A model generated the notes under the pieces. The model was not told the DNA's origin and made no database searches. It worked only from the letters and a program-made list of their open reading frames with translations. From assembly GCA_024704765.1 (NCBI GenBank), contig JAKMXF010000133.1, forward strand, positions 434,001 to 498,000: DNA of 64,000 bases, read 5' to 3'. Positions 1 through 11,812 of this stretch are shown in pieces. Source of the stretch: Oopsacas minuta. Its lineage: Eukaryota; Animalia; Porifera. The position numbers were made by a program, and so were the translations under genes. Positions within the stretch are counted from its first letter, which is position 1, and each line of letters begins with the position of its first letter.

Positions 1-3000
1 CCTCTTCTCCTCTCTCAGAGTTAGAGCTTACGCCAACTCTCTTACTAGCTGAAATATACAGAGTGTTAAATTGTGACGGAACCGTGAGTTAACTTAGTCT
101 ACTTTGCACTTGCTAATTAGCTTAGTGCCTAAAATATATGACTGACTAGTTATATCTTAATCATTTACTTGCAATAATGCATTTTACTAGCCTAATGGAA
201 ATTGATAATATCCTATCACTATTAATATTAATTGCTAATCTCTTCAATTAACTTTTCCTTCTTCCTTATGCAACCAATTTCCTGCACTAATCTAAGCAAT
301 TAGGAATCTGACTAATGGTTTCGATTAATCAAATTTGACGATTGAAAATTTGAAGCCACTGCTTCCTAAACTAAATTCCTAAACATCTAAAAAATTGTTT
401 GTTTCCTTTAGCAACCACATTGGCTAATGGCATGTTGCATACTCTTTGAAATAGAGGCTCCGTCTTTGCACCGAATGGATTTTAAATGGAGTATCTAACT
501 TCCATATTTGCCACAATTCTACTTCCATTAATTATTCAATATACTTTTGCTGATGTCAATTGCTCGGTTAATAATTCTGTCTTATATTTTGAGATTATCT
601 AATCGCCTCCACATATATTATAATGATTACTATTAATATGGTTAACATCATTGAGGGATTGTATTAACATTGGTGGGAGTTTAATTTCAATTATATCAAA
701 TTGACCTTCCCTCGTATCATGAAGTTATACATCCCCTCCCTCTTTTATTGCTCAGTACAATCTTGTGAGCTGTGAACTCTCTCAGTTTAATTGTTATTCG
801 ATGATGAATTTCTCCATAGAATAGTTTATCTTTTACCCGTCAATATTATGATAGCATAACGATTAATATTGTCCATATTCTATTCCTCTTATCGTCGCAA
901 GGTCTCGTACTCTCCAGTTGTTCGATTATCCAATATAAGATACGAATATTGTGTGTTAGTGTGATATATATATACACACTATGACCTCTATAATCTATAT
1001 TGCCTTATAAATAGAATGCGTAGTAATTCTATTATCTTTATAAGAATCGTCATACAGATAAGAACATTTATTATTCAAATATTCTAGGGATTACCAAACG
1101 GTTCTGGAGCCAGTAAGACTTCTGAATTTTTGCCTCCTCTCCGTAAGATCCTTCTCAAGAGGATAAATGAATTGAAAAGGAATGAATTGCAAGGAGCAAC
1201 AGCTCAGCAAAAAATCCTAGACACTCTGTCCAGACAAGTAAGTGTATAGCTAGATGTTATACATAGTGTTAATTGAACTATTTGCAATCAGCTGATTCTA
1301 ATTATACTACTCTATACTTAATCTAATATCAGAAACTGCTAATATTTTCAGTGTCCTAATATGCAACTAAGAATTGATTTAACCAGCTGTGTGATTATTA
1401 TCTAATAACCTATTATCGCTATTATAGAATTATAATGAATCTATTTATTTATCTCATCTGTAAGCTTTTTACGTGTATTACACATTGTATTAGGTAGTTT
1501 GTATGAACACGAAAGGCGAAGAACTGAACAGAAAGTTATTAGATTTCAGGGCTAGCATAAAGATGGTCTCAACTGCTCGTGAACAGATCACAGAGAGAGG
1601 AATAGCTTATTTCCAGGACCAATGGGATTGTCTCATCCTTGATAAATCTCCTCCACAAGAGCGAGTGAAGAAATTAGAAAGTCTATGTGCTCAGTTACAA
1701 CATAAAGTAGATCACTATAAGAACTCTATTATGTTCTATAAGACTGAGAATGATACTCTAATCACTCAGCTACAACCATTCAAAACAGCTTCAAAAGCTA
1801 CTACTTCTATTCTGGAGGAGGTTAGTAGATTATACCAAGAAATTATGTTCGAATTGATTGCAATGCATACCATCTACACAGTTTGAAATTTATTCCGTTT
1901 TGTTTAGGTAAAGTCTTTACGTACTCTTGTTAAGAACACTCAAAAAGAAATCTCCACACGAACAGCAGAGAATACTAAAATATCTGAGGAGCTAGATGCT
2001 CTTAGAGGACAGCAGAATGAACGTCGTGTTGAGTTAGAAGGAGAAGAGAAGTTCTTGAAAATGGAAGAGGAGAGAGACGCTGCTAATAAACTTGCTCATG
2101 ATTGTCAACTGAAAGTCAGCAGTCTTTCTGCTTCTCTCCATCAGATCTCATCTCTCATGATGGAGGAGAAAAATAGAAATGATTCTTTGAAGAAAGAGTA
2201 TAAAGAAATACAAGATAATAATCAAGTAAGTAGTATTGAATATTTTGTTGTTGTTGACATGAATATTATTTGTTTATTTATTAGGCACTAAGTTTAGAAC
2301 TTGAAACCAAATCTCAATCTGATTTTGAAGTTAGTCAATTAAAATCAGATGTTAGACATAAAGAAAGGGAGATAGCCCAGTTATTGGAATCTTTACAGAG
2401 ACAAGAGATGACTAAAGATGATCTAAGAAGGGCAGAGAGAGAATTAAAACAATACAAAACCAAATCACAGCTATCAGAAAATCGTAATAAAGAACTGACT
2501 ACACAGGTGAGTGTAGGATATATTACTTGATAGAACTGTTCAATAATGGAGAAGTTATTAGTTATTGTTTATTATTAACATAATCTTTGGGGAACAAAAT
2601 TAGCAATTTAACCATGTACAGCACTGTTATTTCCACAATAACAGTTATCCTACGTATTATGTGTTTACAGATGTCAGATTGTGTTGATAAAGAAGCTGTA
2701 TTGGAAGATAAGCTACACTCATTAGAAACCGACTCAGGGAAGATTGAGAAAATTCTACAATCTATCAAAGATTTATTCCCTGAGCCTGGACCAGCAATGA
2801 GTGTACTAGATCAGATTATAACAGTACAGAATGATCTCAGAGAAGCTCAAGAGTTGGTAGAGTTCCTACAAGCGGAGAAGAGTTTGGAAGAAGAAACGAT
2901 TCTAAACTCTACGGCAGAGGTCAGTTGTAATTAGCTAATTGATTAATATAGCAATTCAGTACTATGTTATGCCAAGACAAAGTTTATAAGCACTGCAGGT

Positions 3001-4139
3001 TAGTAATACTTCATCTAATAGAGAATTGTGTTTAGATTAAAAATCTCGAAGAATTACAACAATCAAACTGTGAGCTAAGAGAGGAAATAGCAGAGATGAA
3101 ATTAACTCGGGAAGCCTTCCTCTCACAGATTGAGACACTGGAGGCTCAACTAGAAGACCGTGCATTTACAATAGATAAGCTGCAGCAACAGTCAGAAGTA
3201 AACAAGGCTCAGTACGATATGAAGACACAAGATTTGAGTGAACAAATAGTCGAGTTAGATACTCTAAGACATGAGAGTGATGTACAGAATGCTACACAGA
3301 GAGATCTGTTACAGAAAGAGTTAGAGAGTGTTACACTTACTATAGCTCAAACTAAAGTGAGTTTTTATACAATGACTGCTGGTTATAAGAACCCCCTTGG
3401 GGGTAGCTATCCATGTACACTTGTATAGGAATATATGAAAACCGTAGAGGATGGTGCTTAGATATGGCGTTCTTATAACTGGCATATGGTATGCAATTGC
3501 AAATTTGACGAATATTTTATAGGAAACACTAGCAATACAGTCCACTGAGTTAGAAGAGAAATCAGATCAGATAGAGCATCTGACTCAAGAACTTGAAGCT
3601 AAGAGCATTAAAGCACAAGCTATGATGGATAAATTCTTTCCTGACGGTTTTCCAACAGCTCAACTTGTTAACGAAGCTAACCAGAAACTCCAGGAGAGTC
3701 TAACTTCTGAGAAAGAACAGTTATATAAACAGAGAGAAGAGCATCAGAAACTTGAGCAACAGGTCAGTCTATTAGATACATGGTTACAGCAATGTAAAAA
3801 GGATAAAGAAGCCTTTGAGAAAGAGAGAAATTATTTGAAAGATGCGAATCAAGGTAAACTTAAGAAAATCATGCAACTAGAAGGAGTTGAACAACAGAAC
3901 AAACAGCTCAAAAAGGAATTAAAAGAGGTGAGCATTATATATTGAAGGTCAAAATGGCAACTAACTGCAACTGCCACATGAGAAATAACCATAGTCCAGA
4001 AATGATGTGCACACTTTCTATTCTACATAACACCTCACTAATAAATTACATAAATTTCTTGCTAACTATACATTTATTATAGTTCGCAAAAATGTGCAAA
4101 ATCAATTTTGCTATTCGAAGAATCGCTTCTCTAAATTGA
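1..4139 (+). CDS. Multi-exon long coiled-coil protein (centrosomal/golgin-like, unassigned); 5' end lies outside the window
   Basis: E/K/Q/L-rich heptad exons with GT-AG boundaries: probable exon ending at 83, 1089-1237 (GLPNGSG...DTLSRQ|gtaagt), 1494-1820, 1908-2225, further exons to ~3927, and a tentative last exon 4083-4139 (FAKMCK...SLN*). The first and last exons are uncertain. Confidence 0.7.
3368..3491. mobile_element. MITE family A (Tc1/mariner-type), degenerate intronic copy
   Basis: GCTGGTTATAAGAACCCCCTTGGG...GTTCTTATAACTGGCAT, homologous to 44540-44697. Confidence 0.75.
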
Positions 4140-4492
4140 AGCAGTCCTAGAAAACTTTATAATAATATGGCAAAACCTGATACGAAGATAATTTAATTCG
4201 TAATCGATTGCCATTTCGTTGGTACTAAGCTAGCCCATCGTAATTATTGTCTATTAAGCAACATCTGTTTCCTAAAAGCCATCTGGTCTTTGGTCATCTA
4301 ATAACATACCAATGACAACGATAAATCTTATTCACCACGCATTATGCGGTCTCAACATACAGCTAAGCAAAACCATATCCTATAGCTGTAGCAAAACATA
4401 TCTTTAATATTAACAAATATACATTTCTAGGAATTGTATACATAATGGGCAATTAATAGTTTATACAACTTGTTATAATTTATGTGCTATCT

Positions 4493-5026
4493 TTATTTCA
4501 AATTGCGTTTAACTAACATTGCAAAGTTATTAAACGCCGTATCAATCCCTGTTCCTGTTACAGTGGAAGTGCCAAACACTCTCCACTCGTGACTAACCAC
4601 CTCTCTCATGTCTATCAAATCTACCAGGTCATTAGGTGACTCTGCATCGGGAAGATCTTGTTTGTGTGCTATCACACAAATTGGTACTCCATTTAATACG
4701 TCATTGTCAAACAGCTTGAATAGTTCGTCTTTCACTTCTATGAACCTTCTCTGATTAGCTGAGTCCACAACAAAAATTATTCCGTCTGTTCCGTCAAAAT
4801 GATCTTCCCATCTCCTCCTGATTGATTTATGCCCTCCCAAATCCCATACAGCCATCGACAACCCTTCTATGGGAGGAAGAATTTCAATGTTATGACTATC
4901 AGTTGCTACAGTAGTGATATTTCCATTCATTATCTTATTGTAGAGTAAAGTAGTTTTACCAGAATCTTCCAGGCCTAGGAAAAGTATTTTTGCGTAGACA
5001 TTCTCTTTTGAAAAGGTTTTTCCCAT
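4493..5026 (-). CDS. ARF/ARL-family small GTPase, atypical (177 aa, intronless)
   Basis: MG N-terminus; G1 GLEDSGKT, G3 WDLGGH, FVVDSA, G4 AHKQD, G5 TSTVTG. Confidence 0.9.
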   Translation of the reverse strand: MGKTFSKENVYAKILFLGLEDSGKTTLLYNKIMNGNITTVATDSHNIEILPPIEGLSMAVWDLGGHKSIRRRWEDHFDGTDGIIFVVDSANQRRFIEVKDELFKLFDNDVLNGVPICVIAHKQDLPDAESPNDLVDLIDMREVVSHEWRVFGTSTVTGTGIDTAFNNFAMLVKRNLK

Positions 5027-5887
5027 TTTTTAGGTTGAACGTGAAGTTGATGCACTAAGAATCAAACAAGAAACGAATGAGCAGAAGATACTAGATTTGA
5101 ATAGCTACAAACAATAGTTTATTTCTCATACCGAGTGAACTGAGTTGTATTTATACAAACATCAACAGTGCAGATTTATAAGATTGGTCAAAAAAGTGAT
5201 TTAAAGTGTATTAATTACTTAATTTTTAGCTTTGTTGAACTTTATTGATTGCTCACTTAGTTTCTGTCTATATTACATATATTCTTAAAATGTTATGTCC
5301 AACAGTTGATGTTTTCTTATAATTCAAATACACGCCTAATCTTTATCAAATAATTAACCGAATTCTGCATAATAGAATAATTACTAACGTTCCACCATAT
5401 AACTTTATCCATTGAGATTAACCAAGCCACAATACCACGGATTCAATATTTCCTATGGATCAAGATTATATGCAATGAGACAACCACACATGATTATCTG
5501 ATTGTATTGGACCATTTTAGACTCCGATTCAATAGTTTAAATGGTGAAATATATTTTTCTTTTTCTGAATGGGCTGTGATTATATCCTTGAGCACTGGGT
5601 AGTACGTATATTACGCTATACAATGGAACCTCAGAATTTGGGGCACTGATGTTGCCTTTTTAGCCTGGTTGTCCGGCTTTCCGTAGTCTCCTTATTCCTT
5701 ATCTAGTCCATGTATTATTTGTGGTAATGATGAGGTTGGAGACATCTATTAACCTACAAACCACCAAACTAAGAGTAAATTAGCTACTTTATCGCTAATA
5801 GCTGAAGTACTTGGTTGCTTTGGTAACAAAGAATAAATTTATTGTGATGGCCAATATAGTTAATGTCAACTGTGTCGGTTTGAATCC

Positions 5888-6020
5888 CACTTATAAGAAT
5901 TCCCTTTTGGAATAAGAGTACATGTTCTTATACCAGGCATAAATATACAGGACTATAAGAGAACCGTTTTCCAGAGGTTTGTGCTTATATTTGGTGTTCT
6001 TATATCCAGCATCCACTGTA
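5888..6020. mobile_element. MITE family A copy (left end decayed)
   Basis: TTATAAGAATTCCC...GTTCTTATATCCAGCATCCACTG followed by TA; right TIR matches 44540-44697. Confidence 0.75.
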
Positions 6021-6358
6021 TACGAGCATAAATATATGATTAGAGGGAATATCAGTAATGTTAGCTCACAAAATTACAATACAGATCATAGTAAGGATCC
6101 ATCCATCTTCATATGATATAAGTTATATCCTAATATGCTGTTAACTCTCATAATCACGATTGCTCTATACTTTGTTTTCATTTTGTTATAAGCGGAGTTT
6201 AGGACGTTGAATGTACATTTGTTTGTAAAAATATATTTTATCAATACTACTGGAAGTCTTTAATGAGTTTAATCTACTGAGCCATGGTTCTACTGATTAT
6301 AAAAATTGGTATACTAAGAAGGATGCTCTAGTGCTATTAGTCTCGTCATATTCTGGAT

Positions 6359-6480
6359 CAGCGGTTCCCAACCTGGAGTCCATGGATCCCTTGGCGGTCT
6401 ACAGACGACCGTAGGGGGTCCACAAGATCTTTCGCAGTCTATGGGAGGAGTCCACAGGTGAAAAAGGTTGGGATCCGGTG
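6359..6480. mobile_element. hAT/Charlie-type MITE, 122 bp
   Basis: TIRs CAGCGGTTCCCAACCT / CACCGGATCCCAACCT (14/16); 8-bp flanks TTCTGGAT and ATCTAGAT (6/8 identical, NTCTAGAN-like Charlie target); ends 36 bp before the DCTN2 ATG. Confidence 0.85.
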
Positions 6481-6516
6481 ATCTAGATCTAATGTCGTTT
6501 CTATTATAGCTATTAG

Positions 6517-7662
6517 ATGGCACATATAGGAGATTTAGATAAACAGTTGGAGATATTTGAGACTCCAGACCCTCCAGTACTACAGCAGTGTATTAAAGAT
6601 GATACGAATAGTGAATCTGTAGAGGAGATTAGGGTTGGAGTAAAAGATGGATTCGAAGAGTTCAAGAACGCGAATATTGACACTTCTAAAACTGACTTTT
6701 CTCAAATACGCCCTACTGGATTCTCACTAGATCCTTGGGAGTATGAACTGAATGCTGGTGGCGATCGAGCAGAGGGACTAAGTGAGAGGTATACGCGGTT
6801 AGAGCGCGAAATTTCACACTTAAAATCTGACCTCAATTCTACTGATCATGCTAGTGAGCGATTGAATCTGCTCCAAAGAGTAGATGGACTAGAACAGCAG
6901 TTGAGTGATGTCAAATTGGACAAAATCTACTCTGAACATATATCAGTTGCTAGAGGTGTACAGGGACTAGATAGGACACTAACTAAGAACCTACTTGACA
7001 CACTGCATGGGTCTAAGAAGGAAGGTAAGGAGGAAGATAAAGGAACTATAACATACGAACTGGTCTTGAAGCCAGATGATGCTAAGTACATTCAAGCAGC
7101 TTCTCTACGACGTCTGGAAGAGAGACTAGGAGTTCTGGAGAAGATTGTAGGTGGTAAAGACGATAAGATTCGGTCTGATCTGCTGAGCTCTGCTGGAGAA
7201 TCTCAGGCACACTCACTCATGAGTAACCTGACTGTCTTACAGAGGAAATGTCTAGCATTGGACCAAGGAGTAGTTGGAAATTTGAATCAGAAAGCAGGCG
7301 AGTTACTTCAGAAAATAGAAAAGTTAAAACATGATAAAGAAAAGCAAAAAGATACACCTGTAGAGAATAACAAAATCATTGAATTATTTGAATTGACTAA
7401 GAGATGGGATGGTACAGCTTCAGCTCTACCTGATGTCCTGGAACGTCTACAAACACTAAAATCACTTCACGAATCAGCTGCTGGATTCAATCTTACTCTC
7501 AATCATTTGGAGCAGAGACAAAGAGACGTTAGTGAGAGCCTCGTGACAAATCAAGAAGTATTGAGACAAGTTTCTGGCACTCTGGAAGCTAATATGGAGA
7601 GGATTCAGCATAATTTTGATAATATTAATAAACGAATAGATGCACTGACTAGTAACTCATGA
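6517..7662 (+). CDS. DCTN2: Dynactin subunit 2 (p50/dynamitin), intronless
   Basis: N-terminal IFETPDPP motif, TITYELVLKP, RLEERLGVLEKIVG, C-terminal LPDVLERLQTLKSLHESA...NMERIQHNF coiled coils. Confidence 0.9.
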   Translation: MAHIGDLDKQLEIFETPDPPVLQQCIKDDTNSESVEEIRVGVKDGFEEFKNANIDTSKTDFSQIRPTGFSLDPWEYELNAGGDRAEGLSERYTRLEREISHLKSDLNSTDHASERLNLLQRVDGLEQQLSDVKLDKIYSEHISVARGVQGLDRTLTKNLLDTLHGSKKEGKEEDKGTITYELVLKPDDAKYIQAASLRRLEERLGVLEKIVGGKDDKIRSDLLSSAGESQAHSLMSNLTVLQRKCLALDQGVVGNLNQKAGELLQKIEKLKHDKEKQKDTPVENNKIIELFELTKRWDGTASALPDVLERLQTLKSLHESAAGFNLTLNHLEQRQRDVSESLVTNQEVLRQVSGTLEANMERIQHNFDNINKRIDALTSNS

Positions 7663-8463
7663 TATCTCTCTACTCAATCAGCTCTACGCATACAAATAGT
7701 GTTAGTAATTGGGATTAATTATTCGGTATAGTTATTATATGTAGTTATGATATCCTTAAATATGTTCATTGCAATTATTTATTTATTTTTATACTTATGG
7801 TAAATTTATGTCCATGTCCAATCCTGAAATAACACCTACTAATGAACTCAGTTTGTCACAGCCCTCACAGAGCCGTCAGAAGGCCATGAAACGTGGAGCG
7901 GTTATTGCTAGCTGGTGAAAAGTTGGTAAGACTCTAGTTATACATTAAATAATACAATATTATTAAGCTCTTGATAATGCTTACAAATCCTCCACGTAAT
8001 ACATTATTAGTAGTTTATATCAGCTGTACAGATTGACAGCTTAATTAATCGAGAAATTTAATTATTTCCCCTCAATTTCTTAATTAAGAAATTACCTTAG
8101 AAAATTCATATATATCATCTCTATTATTTGCTGGCATTAAGTCAGAACGTGAACGACGTGTTTCACAATCAAATATAATTTGTGGTATACATTGCCTGGT
8201 AATTCACCTGTATAGTTGGAATTTTTATTAACCATCCATGTGGTGTATTTGACATGGTTATTGTGACTATTCTGTTTGCATTGCAAACCATTAATATACA
8301 TCAATTTTTCACTCATGATTGCATTTTTCTTTGCTTTACCCCCAATCTATATTTTGTTTGTGTATGTGTTTATGTCAATTTATCGCTATTTTGATACATT
8401 GCTATTATAATTTTTATATATCCCAGATGTGTGTTGAGAATTTGTATTTATTTAGCAAGTGTG

Positions 8464-9608
8464 ATGGGTACCCGTATGTCTCGTGTAAAGATAGAGAGTG
8501 ATCTGCTAAGTCAGCTCAGTCAGAAGACTCAGTTCACAGAAGAAGATCTCAGAAGTTGGAATATTGCATTTGTATCCGAATGTCCTAGCGGTCGTTTGAG
8601 TCAGAGAGAGTTTGCTTCTATTTTTAGAAAACTTTTTCCCCTTCCAGTTACTACAGACAAAGATACCAGTACGTATATGCTCCGTACCCAACAAACCTGT
8701 AAGTATAAACATCTTATGATTAATCCAACATATCCTTTTCTAGTGCATTACTAATAGTAATAATGATAATATACTAAAATGCTTTCAATTTTCTCTTTCT
8801 ATATACATATATTAATTAGATTGGGAAGTAAATGGCATGCTTTCAGTTCTATTAATTTCCACTTAATAAATTCTCCCTTGTCTCGTTTTCTGAATTTGAT
8901 AATTGTTGGTTAAATAAGGGAAAATACACTGACTACTTTCATAAATATTCATTTAACATATGTATGTGAATTGATAGAAGATACAGCGGGGTATATTTTT
9001 TTGTTGTTCGGTTATCAAATCCTATTTGTAAATATAAAATTTCGGGAAAATCGGGGCAACAGATTGATATCATTGCTATTCAAGCTATCATTTCCTTTGA
9101 TCGGATTGTTTCAAACCTGTAAGGGAAATACATGGGGACAATTGACTTATATTTGTAGGAATTTTATGAATATTCACTTCTAGCTGTAGAAGAACTTGCT
9201 TTCAAATCACATGTCGATCTCTCTCAATTGCTTTTCAGAGGTTTTCCAACTTCTCCAGATAATACTACAGACTTCAAAGGCTTTGCTACTGTATTATCCA
9301 TTATTTGCAGAGGTACAATAGAAGCAAAATCTGATTGGCTATTCACTATAATTGATAGTGAAGGGGTTGGGAGCATTTCTCACAAAAATATTGTCGATAC
9401 ATTTGCAATATTAATATCATTCATTCAATCTATAACAGGACATCAAAATGAGAATACCCATGATATAGCCACTCAGAGAGCTAATACGGTTTATACTGCC
9501 TTAAGTAAAGAGCAAGATGACACTCTCTCTAGTGAAGATTTTATGAATTGGATAAAACAGAATGAAGAAGTCATTGACCACCTTGATATCTTCCTAAACA
9601 GACTATAA
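8464..9608 (+). CDS. Neuronal calcium sensor/recoverin-family protein with degenerate EF hands (2 exons, ~8464-8668 and 9184-9608)
   Basis: MGTRMS...TQFTEEDLRSWNIAFVSECPSGRLSQREF matches the NCS-1/hippocalcin N-terminus; ICRGTIEAKSDWLFTIID matches the RG-x-x-E-x-K-x-x-W-x-F-x-x-Y-D pattern. Confidence 0.85.
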
Positions 9609-10047
9609 TCCAATCGATATTATCACTTAAATATTTTCACTACAAAATGTATTTTATTCGATATAATGCCTACAGCATAATACATATTCTAATCATCTCT
9701 TAGCACTCAAATATTACAACTTAGCTTTTACACATTAAATATTATGAATATTATTTCTAAGAAATCATCTGTGAGTGCTTCTTATTCCAGGTATGAGCTC
9801 CTATTACCTTGTAATACATTCTAATATTTATGGCCTAATGTGAAAACAGAATTCCATGAAGTTCCCTACAAAATTTGAACTTATATTTTGTCTAGTTATA
9901 CCTGATTACATAATAGTGTGTCAGTTCATTCGCTTCTCTTTGCGAATCAGCTGAATTTATTCTATTTATTTAACTGTGAATTTATAATCTGTATAATTAT
10001 ATTCTATTCGTTTAACAATTCGCGGTATAGCATCAATTTGATATTGA

Positions 10048-10842
10048 ATGGCAAGTAACTATCCAGTTGATGAATTAAACTCTCTTGCTATATCTCCCAG
10101 TAAGTTGGAAGGTAGTGAGCTAGACTCTGGTTTTAAACTGGTATCAGATACAGCTTCCTCCTTCACTGGGGTATCTGACAACTTAAGGCTATCACTATAC
10201 GGATGTTATAAGCAAGTAACAATTGGGAGTTGTAATACGAAACGACCTGGCATATTCGACCAAATAGGTCGTGCTAAATGGGACGCTTGGAACAAATTAG
10301 CAGGAGTTAGTCCTGTAACAGCTAAGCGGATGTATATTGAAACAGCTCTTAAAATAGACCCAGATAGAGTTAATAGGGTGCTTGCTGGAGGAGAGGGCGC
10401 ACAAGGAGGGGAGAAACCCAGTTTCAATTTCACAGAGAAGATTAGTTCTTTAGCTGGAAAGTTGAAGGAAGAAGATTTAAAAGATGGATACACGACAATA
10501 CATGATTTTTGTAAAATAGGAGATTTGTATAGGTTGAAAATGCAACTGACTGATGTTAATAAGAACTCTATTGATGAATTAGGCATGTCGCCACTCCATT
10601 GGGCCTGTGATAGAGGTAACATACAAATCGTGGAGTATCTATTAGACATGCAAGTTGATATTAATATAACTACTCTTGAACAACAAACACCATTACATAT
10701 CGCATCTGGATGTGGACATATTGACTTAGTAGTTCTTTTGCTTTCGAGAGGAGCTAACCCAAAATTGAAAGACGAAGATCAGCAAACACCAAAACAAATA
10801 GCGTACGATAAAGAAACTGAATTGTGTTTTAACGATACATAA
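10048..10842 (+). CDS. ACBD6: Acyl-CoA-binding domain plus ankyrin-repeat protein (ACBD6-like), intronless
   Basis: LSLYGCYKQVTIG...PGIFDQIGRAKWDAW ACB motif; ankyrin repeats GMSPLHWACDRG and QTPLHIASGCG. Confidence 0.9.
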   Translation: MASNYPVDELNSLAISPSKLEGSELDSGFKLVSDTASSFTGVSDNLRLSLYGCYKQVTIGSCNTKRPGIFDQIGRAKWDAWNKLAGVSPVTAKRMYIETALKIDPDRVNRVLAGGEGAQGGEKPSFNFTEKISSLAGKLKEEDLKDGYTTIHDFCKIGDLYRLKMQLTDVNKNSIDELGMSPLHWACDRGNIQIVEYLLDMQVDINITTLEQQTPLHIASGCGHIDLVVLLLSRGANPKLKDEDQQTPKQIAYDKETELCFNDT

Positions 10843-11223
10843 TGTTTATACCATCTGTGCAACTTATTAATATCATGTATACATTCAGTAGCTTCTTTGT
10901 AATACATAATCAGTATTATCATTTTGTAATATGACAGCATTTTTCTATTGGATCTAATAGCCATTCAGTTTATATTTCAGTATTTAATCTAGAGCAAATA
11001 ATTTTGTTGTTCATTGAGCTAAATTACCGATGTGTAATTTATTCGAGCTGTTCGCCGATCAGATTCTATTTTAAGAATTATCGAGAATCATACCATGACA
11101 ACATATATGAAAATCCCTACAGGCTCAAACTATTGGGTATAAGCTACTATAAAAGCAAGTTCATCACATGTGATAAACAACAACAAATAGTTTGAACAAA
11201 CAAGAATTCAAATTAAACAATAA

Positions 11224-11541
11224 ATGAACATGGACACGAATAAACCAGAATGCATGAAGATGGAACTGCCATTTTCAAATACATATGTAAAAACAACTAA
11301 GATCAGAAATTTAAGGAAAAACCTCCGTGAAATCGGATTCAGTGAAGCTGATCAATTGCTGATTATGAAGAAAAGGAGACTGCTCAGGTGCAAGGAATAT
11401 GTCTGGTTGTACAGGGAGAGACAAAAGCAAATAATCGAGGAATTAAAGAAGCAGAAAATTAAATTGGACTTGGAAAGAGACTCACTTATCTTCTCCATTG
11501 AGGAAATTAAAAATGATATCGAAAGGATTGGAATGAATTAA
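11224..11541 (+). CDS. Small Maf-like bZIP protein with divergent basic region
   Basis: Extended homology region (IRNLRKNLREIGFSEADQLLIMKKRR), Maf-type Tyr in RCKEYV, leucine zipper L..KQKIKLDLERDSL. Confidence 0.65.
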   Translation: MNMDTNKPECMKMELPFSNTYVKTTKIRNLRKNLREIGFSEADQLLIMKKRRLLRCKEYVWLYRERQKQIIEELKKQKIKLDLERDSLIFSIEEIKNDIERIGMN

Positions 11542-11700
11542 TATCTTTTTTGAATAAAAATATTATGAATTATCTGTAATTCATTTTCTGCTCTTACGAT
11601 TTGATTAAATGATCAACAAATACTTGTGTATGGATATTCGCATGAGGGCAGACAAAATCTGGTTGCATTTCCTGAACTCTATTATCTGATTAAGAAGAAT

Positions 11701-11800
11701 AATTCTTACCTTTCTGCAACTTCTTAATTCTTACTTTTCTGCAACTTCTTAATTCTTACTTTTCTGCAACTTCTTAATTCTTACCTTTCTGCAACTTCTT
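11701..11800. repeat. Minisatellite, 4 x 25 bp (AATTCTTACYTTTCTGCAACTTCTT)
   Basis: Four copies read directly, differing at one C/T position. Confidence 0.95.
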
Positions 11801-11812
11801 ATTTCATAAATA

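Noticed and set aside
6314-6523. 69-aa Pro-rich minus-strand ORF
   Set aside because: It is a read-through of the hAT MITE at 6359-6480.
11701-11800. Regular repeats (25-bp, 30-bp and 13-bp arrays) as possible CRISPR arrays
   Set aside because: The units are contiguous with no unique spacers, there are no cas genes, and the context is eukaryotic.
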